Positions 22,866 to 34,169 of a stretch of DNA of 64,000 nt are shown here, one piece after another. The notes under the pieces were generated by a model, which was not told the origin of the DNA, ran no database searches, and was given only the letters and a program-made list of their open reading frames with translations. Numbering within the stretch: position 1 is the stretch's first letter; every line of letters starts with the position of its first letter. Source of the stretch: Eledone cirrhosa (lineage: Eukaryota); contig OZ024741.1 of NCBI GenBank assembly GCA_964016885.1, positions 285,820,001 to 285,884,000 on the forward strand. Direction: 5' to 3'. The position numbers and the translations under genes were made by a program.

Positions 22866-25800
22866 ATAATAATGATTTCATTTATTGGTCACAAGGGCCG
22901 ACATATAGGGGACAATACAAGAGTCTGGGACAGTGGGGTTTTACAGAAAAATCGAGTAAACAATATGAATAACAATAACAAAATAACAAGAAAAATACAA
23001 CAAGAAAAATTCCCCATTGGGGGGATGACCACCCAGGGTTCGCTCAGGTACCCCACCAATCCTGAACGACCCGACGCTTTGAGAGCACCCTGGAAGGGCA
23101 CCCCTCTTCTCCTCAAATTACCCACCTACAGCCACATGACCAGAGTAGCCCCACTCACACGGGCCATTCTCGCCACATTAACCCACCGTTCAGCAAATGT
23201 ACTGGGGGGCAGCACTTCTCTCTCCACCCTCACCTTCCTTTCCAAGTGAAACTTGAAAAGGTTGATGAGGGATTGGCTGAAGAGAAAAGTGTCTATCTTA
23301 AGTCCTTTCAACCTCGTCCACCATACAACCTCTTTCGCTACTGCCACCAGACAGGGGAAAATTGCCTGTCCTTCCTGGCCAAAAGAAGGCGGCGGGTCGA
23401 TCTTCACTATGGACTCTGCCGATAGCCGGATCCGTTCTACACGCGACAACAGCTCTTCGACATAACTCCACAAGCCAGTAATGCACGGACACTGATTCCA
23501 GATGCCAGTCACCCAGTCTCAGTCTCTTCTTCACCCAGGACTGCAGCGCAGTCAAAAACGAGCTGCGGAAAGGCCTGTCTGACAAACGGCGACCACACCT
23601 GTTCACCGTTTAGGCAAAATATCTGGAGATGCCGCAGCCTCAGCGCGTGTCTGCGCATCATTAGCCACGGCATGCCCAGCCCTCAACGTAGAGGGTGCTG
23701 GCAGGAGATGGACTGCCTCACCAGCGGAACCTGAAGAGGAGCCGCTCCAAGATGGCGAGGCGCGAACGGGGGCAAGGGACGACGGTCAGACAATAGTAGA
23801 TGACGGACACGATGTACGCGTTCGCCAGCTCCGTCCGACCTTTCAGTGATAGCTTCCTCCCAGCCCATTTCTGGGTGAGACTGGCTACCCTGCCCGTTAC
23901 CTCGTCCCAATTCTTATTCACCTGGAGCTCTGGCCCGAACCAAACCCCGAGCAACTTTACTGGTCCATCCGTCGAGCGCCTAACGATGCTGTTGGACGGC
24001 ATGGACTTGCCTCTCCAGGTACCGAGTTGCAACCCCACCGACTTTTCAGGGTTAAGTTTTGCTCCCGTCAACCTTTCATATTCCTCCAATAAGTTGCCGA
24101 CCACCTCGATTTCTGAGGTGTCCAACACCATCACGGTGATGTCGTCCGCATAAGCCGACACAGCCTTTCCCAGTCCCGGTTCGAGCGGGATGTTCTGCAA
24201 CATCTCCAGCTTCCGCAGTAAAGGCTCGAGAGTCAATACGTACAGAAGGGAGGAGAGAGGGCACCCTTGACGGACCGATCGGGACACCTGAAACGGTTCC
24301 GAGAGGTGGCCATTAATTTTGACCACCGAGCAGGTGCCGCTGTGCATTGCAGCGATCCAGCTTCTGAAGACGGGACTGAAGCCAGCCGCCTTGAGGACAG
24401 CCTCCAGGTACCGATGATCGACTCTTTCGAATGCTTTCGATTGATCTAAATTGATCAGAACCCCACTGAAGCCAGGTTTACACCCTACCCTCTCTATGAT
24501 GTATCGCTTTAGGTGGAGGTTGTCGTGTATGAACCTAGTTGATATTGCGCAAGTTTGGGCCTCCCCTACCAGATTTTCGACACCATTACGGTTATGTCGT
24601 CGGCATAGGCTGACGCTGCTTTCCGCAGTCCTGATTCGATCGGGATGCCCTGCAACAGCTCCAATTTCCGCAGTAAGGGCTCGAGAGTCAGTACATACAG
24701 AATGGAGGAGAGAGGGCATCCCTGACGGATGGAACGCATGATTTGGAATGGCTCTGATAGGTAGCCATTCACCTTGACTGCCGAGCAGATGCTGGTGTGC
24801 ATGGCAGCGATCCAGCCTCTGAAGACGAGACCGAAGCCGACCGCCTTGAGAACTGCTTTCAAGTATTGATGGTCGACCCTATTAAATGCCTTAGACTGAT
24901 CTAAATTGATCAGAGCCCCACCAAAGCCAGGTTTACACCCTCTCTATGATGTATCGCATGAGGTGGAGGATGCCGTGTATGGACCTGGTCGGGATTGCAC
25001 ACGTTTGGGGGTCCCCAACCAAATCCCCGAAGACAAGCGCCAACATCTTCGCTAACACCCTGGCCAAAATCTTAAACTCTGTGTTGAGCAGAGTTATGTG
25101 CCTGAAATTGTCTAATGTGTCCTTCTTGTCCTCGTCTTTCCTTATCAGCGTCACTACGCCCCGGCTCATAGAACTGGGAATACTCCCGTTCTGCTGCCAG
25201 TTTCAGTAGAGAGCTTCGAGGCGATTGGAGACCAAGTCTGGCATATTTACGTAAAGCTCGTAGGGCAGACCATCCAAACCGGGTGACTTGTGCCTCATGC
25301 AGCCGACAAGGGAATCCTGAATCTCGGCTGAAGTAATCGGCCTTTCGCAGCGCCCAGCGTTGGCCGTCCAGAGTTGCGGCAAGCCATCGAGGTAGGGACT
25401 GAAGTCCGCCACCGTCTCTGACCCACCACTTCCCCCCGAACAACCGAGCAAAATGTTGGCAAAAGGCCTCACACATCCGCTTGGAATTGCTCACCTCGTG
25501 TCCGTATCGGTCCGTCAAAGACCGAAGCGTGGTTTTATTATCATGCTGTGCCTCTGCCACGCCGGCCCATCGAACAGCTTTGGTTCCCTCGTTTCTCAGG
25601 GCACGCACCCTAGCTCTGACAATGCAACCTTCGTGTTTCGCATAGAAGAAATGGTCTAATGCCATTCTCGCCGTTAGCACGTTAGTTGCAAAGCCACTAC
25701 CAATAGCCTCGTCTAACTTATCTACCAACTCTCGACATTCGCACCAGAAACAAATCTTCCGGCTCGCGAAATCTGCTCGATTTAAAAGTGTTCCCCTCTT

Positions 25801-26712
25801 TTTGTATATTTTCACTTCGTACTACGAGGGCCATCAGTTCCTTGTTGGTCCTCCTGACGAGCACAAAGTTTTGTATGTTTTGTTGGTGTGATTTTATCTG
25901 TTTGCGTGGCTGTGGTTGTGATGGTTTTGGTGGTGTTGTTTGGGTTGTCTGTGTTTGTTGTGAGTGCGGTGTCTGTGGTTTCATATGTTTGTGTGTGTAT
26001 TTGTTCTTACGTCTGTTTAGGTGGTTTGCGTTTGGGGGATTCTGGTGATGCTGATGGGGGTGTTGATGTTGGTGTTATTGGAGAGATGTTTGCGTGAGTG
26101 GTGTCTGCATTTTTTATTGTGGGTGATTTTGTGCTTTGTTGAGTTTTTTTTTCCCTTTTTGTGTTTCCTTTTTTGTATTTTGGGGGATTTGGGTTTTCCC
26201 TCCTCTTCACTACTGGTAGATGAGGGGTCTGTGTCTGTAAGTGTGTCTGTGTGTTTATGTTTTTATTGATGTGTGTATTTTGGGGGGAGGGGGAATTTGA
26301 CAACTTTCCTCGTTTCCCCCTGGGTGGTCAATGTTGGTGGTGGTCTTTCTATTGCTGTTGTTGGTGTGGTTTTGCCGGTATGGTGTTAGTTGTGGCCCTC
26401 ACCCCGGCGTCGGGAGCAGAGGAGCTCTTCTACCCCTTGCATCTTTCAGCAGTTGAGGGCAGTAGGCTCGCAAATGGGTGTTTTTCCCCACAAACAAAAC
26501 ATTGCGGCCTTTTGCCCTCGGGCATAATATGAATGACCGTCCCATTCTGAAGGCGGATGTGGTCCGGGATTGTCTTCACATTCTCGGACCTGATCTTGAG
26601 AAGTATCTCCAGGTCAACCCCGAACCAGTCCTCTCTGGCCGTTCTTGTCACTTCTATCGGGACTGTATCCGTCCCCTCCACATTCACACATCCCAGAAGC
26701 CACCACGACTAC
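22866..26712 (-). mobile_element. Tx1/L1-like LINE, rearranged (ORF1 remnant, APE deleted, RT partly duplicated, 3' UTR)
   Basis: RT motifs KSPGLDGLPYE, NLDQSKAFERVDH, VRQGCPLS, AYADDI, VKLLGVWFG. ORF1 knuckle-like RPQCFVCGEK. 3' end aataaatgaaatc(att)n. Confidence 0.9.
23718..24719 (-). pseudogene. Tx1/L1-type reverse transcriptase fragment
   Basis: DQSKAFERVDH, RQGCPLSSLLY, YADD, KLLGV, LSLKGR. Confidence 0.92.
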
Positions 26713-26779
26713 AAATAATAATAATAATAATAATTCGACTACCATCACCGCTATTACTATTACTAGAGCTACTAATATA

Positions 26780-27530
26780 ACAATTTATTGGCCACAAGGG
26801 CCCAGGTCATTGGGAACATTACAAGGACCAGAACACAACACAGTATTGGATTTACACCGAGTGAAGAAAATGAAACATCATTGGAGAGAATACAGGAGAA
26901 ATAACAATAATAGAAATTGTAATAAATATATATATAAATAGAAAACAATAACAAAACTAAATGTCAACAAGTAGAATTGCCCCAATCATGAGGAGGGCCA
27001 TGGGTTGCTTTGTTAATTCATGAATATTGAAAGTGCACTCTCCCAGATTTTAGAAAAACGTAGTGAGCATAGGCCGATTCAGCCTAGTCAATCTCAACGC
27101 TTTCATAAAACCCACTTGAAGGCAACACATCCCTCTCTACCTTCACATTCCCCTTCAAGTAGAACTTGAAAAAGTTTCTATAGGGCTTGACAGAATATAT
27201 CTGTCCTCCATCCTTCTAGCTGAGTCCATTATACAACTTCCTTCGCTATAGCTACTTGCCAGAAGACATGCCGCACAATTCTCATGAAAGATGGCAGAAC
27301 AATTTTAACTGTATCCCCGACTGAAAGTCATATTTGTCCTACACGTGATAACAGTTGTTCTATGGAAGCCTACAACTCTACAATACGCTGGCATTGAGTG
27401 ATATCATGCAGCGCAGTTTCATCCATCTGCATATATCTCGGACACATCGGCTTGTTGGCATTTTCATGCCTGTAAACCTTGTCCAGAAATGTGAGTTCCT
27501 CTCTGTAGTACTGCCATGCGAGGGAATTTT
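26780..27530 (-). mobile_element. Older, diverged 3' fragment of a Tx1/L1-like LINE
   Basis: Tail gggcccttgtggccaataaa; 27060-27400 is recognisably similar to 23140-23500. Confidence 0.65.
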
Positions 27531-27559
27531 CAAAAGAGCCTGCTCAGAAAATAATAATA

Positions 27560-28108
27560 GTAATAATTCTTTCAATTATTGACAAAAAGGGCGTTTATAT
27601 GGGTGACAATAGACACGAACCGTGGAAGTTTACAATAAAATCGAGTAAAATACAAATTAACAAAAAGAATTAACAATAGAAATATAATAAAATAAATTCC
27701 CTTATAGGGGCTGAACCATCCAGGGTTGATTCAGGTATCCCAATCCTGAATCCGGTATCCCCAATCGATTCAGATACCCCAATCCTGAATCCGCCAAAAC
27801 CTAGAGGGCATCCGGGAAGAGTACCCCTCTCCTCCTGAAATTAAACAGTTTACAGTCGCATGATCAGAGTAGGGACATTTACACGGGCCATTCTCGCCAC
27901 ATTTAACCCCTTTCTTTCAAATGTACTGGGGGCAGCATTTCTCTCTCCACCCTCACCTTCTTTTCCAACTGAAACTTGAAGAAGTTGAAGAGGGATTGGC
28001 CGAAGAGAAAAGTGTCCGTCTTCAGTCCTTTCAATCTGGTCCACCGCACAAGCTCTTTCGTTACCGCCACCAGACAGAGGAAAACTGCCTGCCTTTCCCG
28101 GCCCTTCC
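27560..28108 (-). mobile_element. 3' fragment of a Tx1/L1-like LINE
   Basis: QAVFLCLVAVTKELVRWTRLKGLKTDTFLFGQSLFNFFKFQLEKKVRVEREML. Confidence 0.85.
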
Positions 28109-28291
28109 ACTTTTGGCACAAAGCCAGCAATTATCCAAGTGTATTACTGGTACTTTATTTTATCAAACCCCTAAGGAGGAAAGGCAAAGTTAACCACAGC
28201 GGGATTTGAACTCAGACCGTAAAGGACCGTAACTCTTTGTCGCAAGGCATGGCGTCCGGCCCTCTACCGATACTGCCAATCCACCGCCCTT
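28106..28291 (-). mobile_element. tRNA-derived SINE joined directly to the Tx1 fragment; partial SINE tails also at ~28312-28367 and ~28556-28650
   Basis: Family consensus; the tail ends ...gccaaaagtggaa and runs into Tx1 sequence. Confidence 0.88.
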
Positions 28292-31200
28292 AGTAATATT
28301 AATAATAATAATTGTTTCTACATTTGGCACAAGGCCAGCAATTACTCCAGTGTATTACTGGTACTTTCAAATATTTGGGCCGAAAGGCCCGTATATTATG
28401 CGGTCGCCTTTACACCATGCAATGACGTGTGTCTCATGACACCTTTTGTCACATAAGATAGAACAATTAATTCCATGTTAAAAACTTGAAAGTTAACCAC
28501 TCCCGGAGCTCACACAAACACGTCTTCACAGTCTGACAACCAATAATAATAATGATTTCCATTACAGGCACAAGGCCAGCAGTGTATTACTGGTACTTTA
28601 TTTTATCGACGCCGTATGGATGAAAGGCAAAGTTAACCACGGTGGGTTATAACAATAATAAATCGTTACGTTTGACAATGTACATAAACAAGCGTTCCTA
28701 TATACGTCTATATACGTCTTTGCATCAATCACAATATTTTTATAAGAATAACTACGCAATACAAATACATGCATAAACGCCTGCACAAACCCAGCCTTAC
28801 TCATATGAATATATATAAAATGATTAGGCTTCAAACGTAAATATATATATCATTATAAATGTTTGCGTCACACACATTCTTTACCTTATACAGACTTCTG
28901 CTGCTATTTCGGCGAATACATATAAAACACAAACATATATACATAATCCAAATATCCACTACCGATATATGGAAATATTGCATTCACTGATAACTATAAA
29001 TTTAATTAAGAGAGGAATTCGTAGAGTACTCATCCTAATGTCCCAATGCAAGCATGTTTATCTGGACGATCCCATGGGAAATTAAAGAATTTACAAGATA
29101 ATTTGTTAAGTTAATCTCCTGGTGAAGCTTTGTCCATGAAATACCTTTGTTGAATTTGATGTAATTTGAATTCTCCAAGTTTCAACTGTAGCTTAATTTC
29201 AACTTATTGTTTGCACTTGTCCAATTTAATCAGAGAAAATCGAATTACTACAGGAAATTGGAACTCTTCTCTGACACTGTTTTATAGCTTTAGGTTATTT
29301 AAAGAAAGGATTTTTCTGTCTGCTAAAGGTTTTACTTCCTAGATAAAATAAATATTGAAAAGTTTAGCAGGCGTTCATTGCTCTCACAGGATACAACAAA
29401 TCTGTGATCATGTCTTATATTTGCATACATGTAAGCAAATCCTTGCTTATTTATGAAATAAATATAACCTTTATTCAGTTATAAGAAGCCAAAAGACGAT
29501 TTTCTGAAACCCGTACTTTTTTCTGAATGTAGGCGTATGTAGACTATAATGTCAATTTTATAAACATTTAATATTAATGTAAACGCAACATAAGCAGCGA
29601 GTCGTTAGAACGTCGGATAAAATTATTTGTGGTATTTATTTCAGCTCTCTGAGTTAAAATCCCGCCGAGGTCAACTTTACCCTTCATCCATTCAAAATGT
29701 ACCAGCCAAGTACTGGAGTTAATTTTTCCTCTGTACCTCTTTCTCATTCAATTATTTCACTTACTATATTTCTCTGGAAAAAATCTGTTGTATTCAGACC
29801 TGGAGAGGTTTGGGCTCCACCAGGTTTTAAAATGCCTTAGGAATACCGGATTTCAATACAATGCCTCTATGACTCCCTTAGCAACTATATCACATGTAAG
29901 TCACTCTATTTGAATAATAAAATACTATATAACTCCCCTACACACTGTGGCATACTGTGAAAGCCCAATAATACAATCCCTTACTCATACAGTAATATAT
30001 TGTCCTACTCCTCATAGACTAACACGTTTGTACACATATTTATCATTTTCTTCACACACACATAGAAAGGCATATTTCGCACATTGTTTAATTCTTACTT
30101 TTATTTCCCATACACTCTCTTTACAGTAAATACAAGTTTTTACTCTTCTACTCCTTGTCTTTTATTCATGTATGTGTCAGCTCAGACCAAACATCTATTT
30201 TTTCCCTTTTCCTTTTCCCCTTCCCTCATTTTATCTTAATGATTCTATCTTAATGACATGACTCCTCCAGCGCCATACCTGAATCATAATTATATCGTTA
30301 ATATTTATCGCTTCGATGCAGACATGAATTACTACTGGATTTATTTTACTACTACATGCATATTTTTATTTGTATATGTGTGTATGTACGAATGCGCTCT
30401 TATATGGGTTACTTTGTATGTCAGTCATTTATGGATAATGTTGCATATCATATAAGTATTCCATATTTTCGTTTTAAACGGGCTCTAAAGTAGCTCTAAT
30501 GCTATTTGATTGTAGAAACTTATACTTACGTGAAGAATGTTTATGTTAGACAAATAGCAAATGAGAAGTGAGAGATATATAGAGAAGTTAAAACAAACAT
30601 TAAGAATAAAAGTAAATAGCTACAATAATATCCGCCGTGGATTAATATATAAAAAATGCAACAAGTCAGCGGGAAGTAAGTATTGTAGTAAAACCGTGCT
30701 TGTTAGCATTCTTTTCGCATTCGATTTTTTGTTTATCTCGGAGTCGTTTTGGTAATCATGAATACATGTATAACCGCGTTGTCACACTGGAGGGGAATAT
30801 ACATTGGAGGGGAATAAACCTCAGCAGTGCTACAGAACTGTAGAACAAGGATGTGCTCGAATGTGAAAGTAAAGTTTTAGATTAACGATTTGCTGTACAT
30901 ACGAATTTTTGTTGGTGAATAATCGATTGCAAAACTAGTTTTATTGGATGTTGTTTTTTTTCTGAAGATAGACCACCGTCTTCCCAGTTAATAAAGTTTT
31001 CACGGAACATGCTAACTCTGTAATCTATGATGCTGTCTACTCTATTATAAATTATTATCTATTCTATATGCGTGTATGAACATATTTCCTTGCAGCCGAT
31101 GGAAATGAGCGTATGGAATTGGTGGGCCCCCTTTAGATCAAATTTGCCCCCCCCCCCTGGCTTTAAAAGCTAGTTACGCCACTGCTCAGCACCCCTTGTT

Positions 31201-33339
31201 TAACCAAAATAGCAATACTAGTGTCACTCGTCCATATCAGCTTTGGAAATATGGTCAGTCTGGTAAACAGATTCATTGATAGTTTATTCTCGTGATTATG
31301 TTTACTACATGATATAAATTGGTGTCTGCCAGGTTGACATTTTACTACTTTAAATCCTTAGCCTCATAGGCCTATTTGTCTCATTTGAAATATTAGTTTC
31401 TCAACTCCAATATAATATTCCAACTATATATGTGTATTCAGACTTTACTGAATATGGAAATTTCTTTTTATATTTGGTATCTATAAATACACAACTAGAT
31501 TTTGTACACAAAATATAGTCTTTAGCCTCCTTTATAAGATACGTGAAATCTAATTCAATGAATATGCGTCTATTCGTGTCTTAGTATACAATGAATATTA
31601 GTACACCGTACATCCAAATAGGTGTTTATGTATATATGTAATTCCTGTTATCAACATAAACAAGCATATTTAATTGATATCTTGAAAATTTTATATCTCT
31701 CTAACATATTTGTAACATCTGTTGTTCTTTCTGAATCAATAATTTCCACCAAATTTGCTGTTTATGAACCAATAACAAATGCATATTTAATTTACGTAAA
31801 CACTCGTTATAATTCCACATGCTAACATAAGGCTGTAATTAGCGTGCCATTTGTTATTTTGCATGCTTAATTCTGCCCAAACAACCAGTGTGTTTATGAA
31901 TCATTAATGTACTAAATGCCATCTCTATTATTACATCTAGTTTTTTTTTCTCAAAAACATATAATACACAAAAATCTTCACCATTCTTCCGGTACTTTTA
32001 TATTTTAGTATGGAGTAAATTGATTTAAGTAGAGATGTACAATCTAATTTTCTGTTTGATAAATTACTGATGATTCTTTGATTTCTTTTGCAGTAAATCG
32101 TTCACAATTCAGTAATTTTCGTAATAATTGCTAATATTTAAGAATCAACAAATATTCTTTCAAAATATTACTTTAGAATATTCGGTAACAAAAACAAAAA
32201 AATAAGAACATTTTTATAAACACACTAAAAACCTACCTGTGATGAAGATAATGACAACGTGGTGTAACTTATAATGTTTTGAGTGTTGTAAGAATTAACA
32301 GACATATATGACTAGGAACCTAGCATTATAATCTCAAAACTTAAGAATTTGAAGTTCTGATTTTAACCCAGCTATCGTAAGCATCAAAATATACTATTTA
32401 CATCGACGATCTGGCAAAATGCTCTTCTGTATAATAGTTGTAATTGTCATATAGCAAAGCAACCTGTCACAGGTACGTCGGCTATAATACAAACGATTTT
32501 TTTTAGGCGAGAGGAACTCGTCGCTAGCAAACTCTCTTGCTCTTTGTATGTGGGCCACATCTACAATTACGTTTTTTAATGCCTTCTCTGCCCGTATAAC
32601 TGTGTCAGGTTTGCCTCGCCGGCTCCATAGGGATATATATTGGTAGAACTCTTTTTTCTTGGGGTGGGGAGGGAGGGAGGTGTTTCTGCATCTATTTCTG
32701 CTGGCACAATTACTGCTGCCTTCCCATCTTTAAATTGTAAGATCGTGTTGGCTTCAGTCAATCCTGACTCTTTGTTTCTCAGTGTTAATATAAAAGTTTC
32801 TTTTTTATTTGTTCCTGCGATGCCTCAAATGTTTTTTTTTTGTGTTATTTTATTGCTATTAGTTTTTGCATTGGTTTTGTTGTTGCTGCTTTTGTCAATA
32901 CTGTCATTGTAGTTGGTGTTCATGTTGCTGGTATATTTTTCTTGTTTATGGTGTTGCTATTATTTGTATCAGTTTTCTAATTGTTGTAGTGGTGGGGGTG
33001 GTTTTGGCAGTATTGATGTTGTTGGTTGCGGTGGTGAAAGCGGAGGTGTTGTTGTTGGTGGTACTAGAGTTGTTTTATTGTGTTGTTCTTGTAAATTGGA
33101 TGAGGGAGGTACGCTTCATACTTTTCCCGTACGGCATTGTGGGTTCGGTTGCTGCTGTACTATTTTCTAAATTTTGGCTGTTCCATTTTGTGGACAGCCG
33201 GCTGTTCATTTTAGCAGACGGATTTTCCTTGTCCATCATGTCTATTTCATTTGAAAGGAGGGTCGAGTTTAGGAAGATGTGTGGTTTAGCTACAAAATAA
33301 TAATATGCATACACTCACACATGCACACGTACACACAAA

Positions 33340-33409
<70 letters not shown>

Positions 33410-33783
33410 TATAAGTTGCTGTTTTGTCTCGTCTCGTCTCTTACTCCACTGGACAGCGCTTTGGCTTGTGTTAGATGGTGTAACATTGAGCGGAGCAGCA
33501 TATATATATATAAACTTAGGAAAATCAACAAAAAGAAGACGAGATAAAGAACGAAGACAAAGCAAACAAAAAAAAAAATTTAAGGTGAAACCTTAAAAAA
33601 TTAGTTTTAGAAAATAAAAATAGAAACGAAAGACACAAAACTCCAGGGTTATCGGCCGTTGAGATGGGCTTTGGCACCCCTACCGATATTATTGCTGGTC
33701 CACCCGGGGTCACACCATCTGACACAATTCAAAGTACTGTCCAGTGGATTAAGAGACGATACGAGACAAAACCGCAACTTATA
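33410..33783. repeat. ~75-bp imperfect inverted repeat (33410-33484 / 33709-33783) abutting (TA)n
   Basis: ataagttgctgttttgtctcgtctcgtctcttactccactggacag..gatggtgtaac is the reverse complement of gtcacaccatc..ctgtccagtggattaagagacgatacgagacaaaaccgcaacttat. Confidence 0.85.
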
Positions 33784-34102
33784 GCAATTAAGTTATGATA
33801 AGTACACATAGAAGTAAAAGTACACCTAACCACAAGGGGAAGTTATTGTGCCTCTTACAGCATGATCGCTCATGAGGAAAAAAAAGGAAAAAAAGGAAGG
33901 GCAGAACAAGGAAGATCTCGAAAGTAAGTTATCGTGTTAAAAATGTGACAGGACAAGACAATGAACGAAAAAAAGGCAATTTTTCAATAGAGAAAGCTTA
34001 AGAAATTATTTGTCTTAAATAAAAGTTTCCCTCGTTGAAGGAATCGTATGAGTTTCAATTTCTCGCAGTAAATGTACTCTTAGTATACACACATACACAC
34101 CC

Positions 34103-34169
<67 letters not shown>

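Noticed and set aside
31120-31185. Possible DNA-transposon end (ctagttacgccactg)
   Set aside because: No matching partner TIR found in the window.
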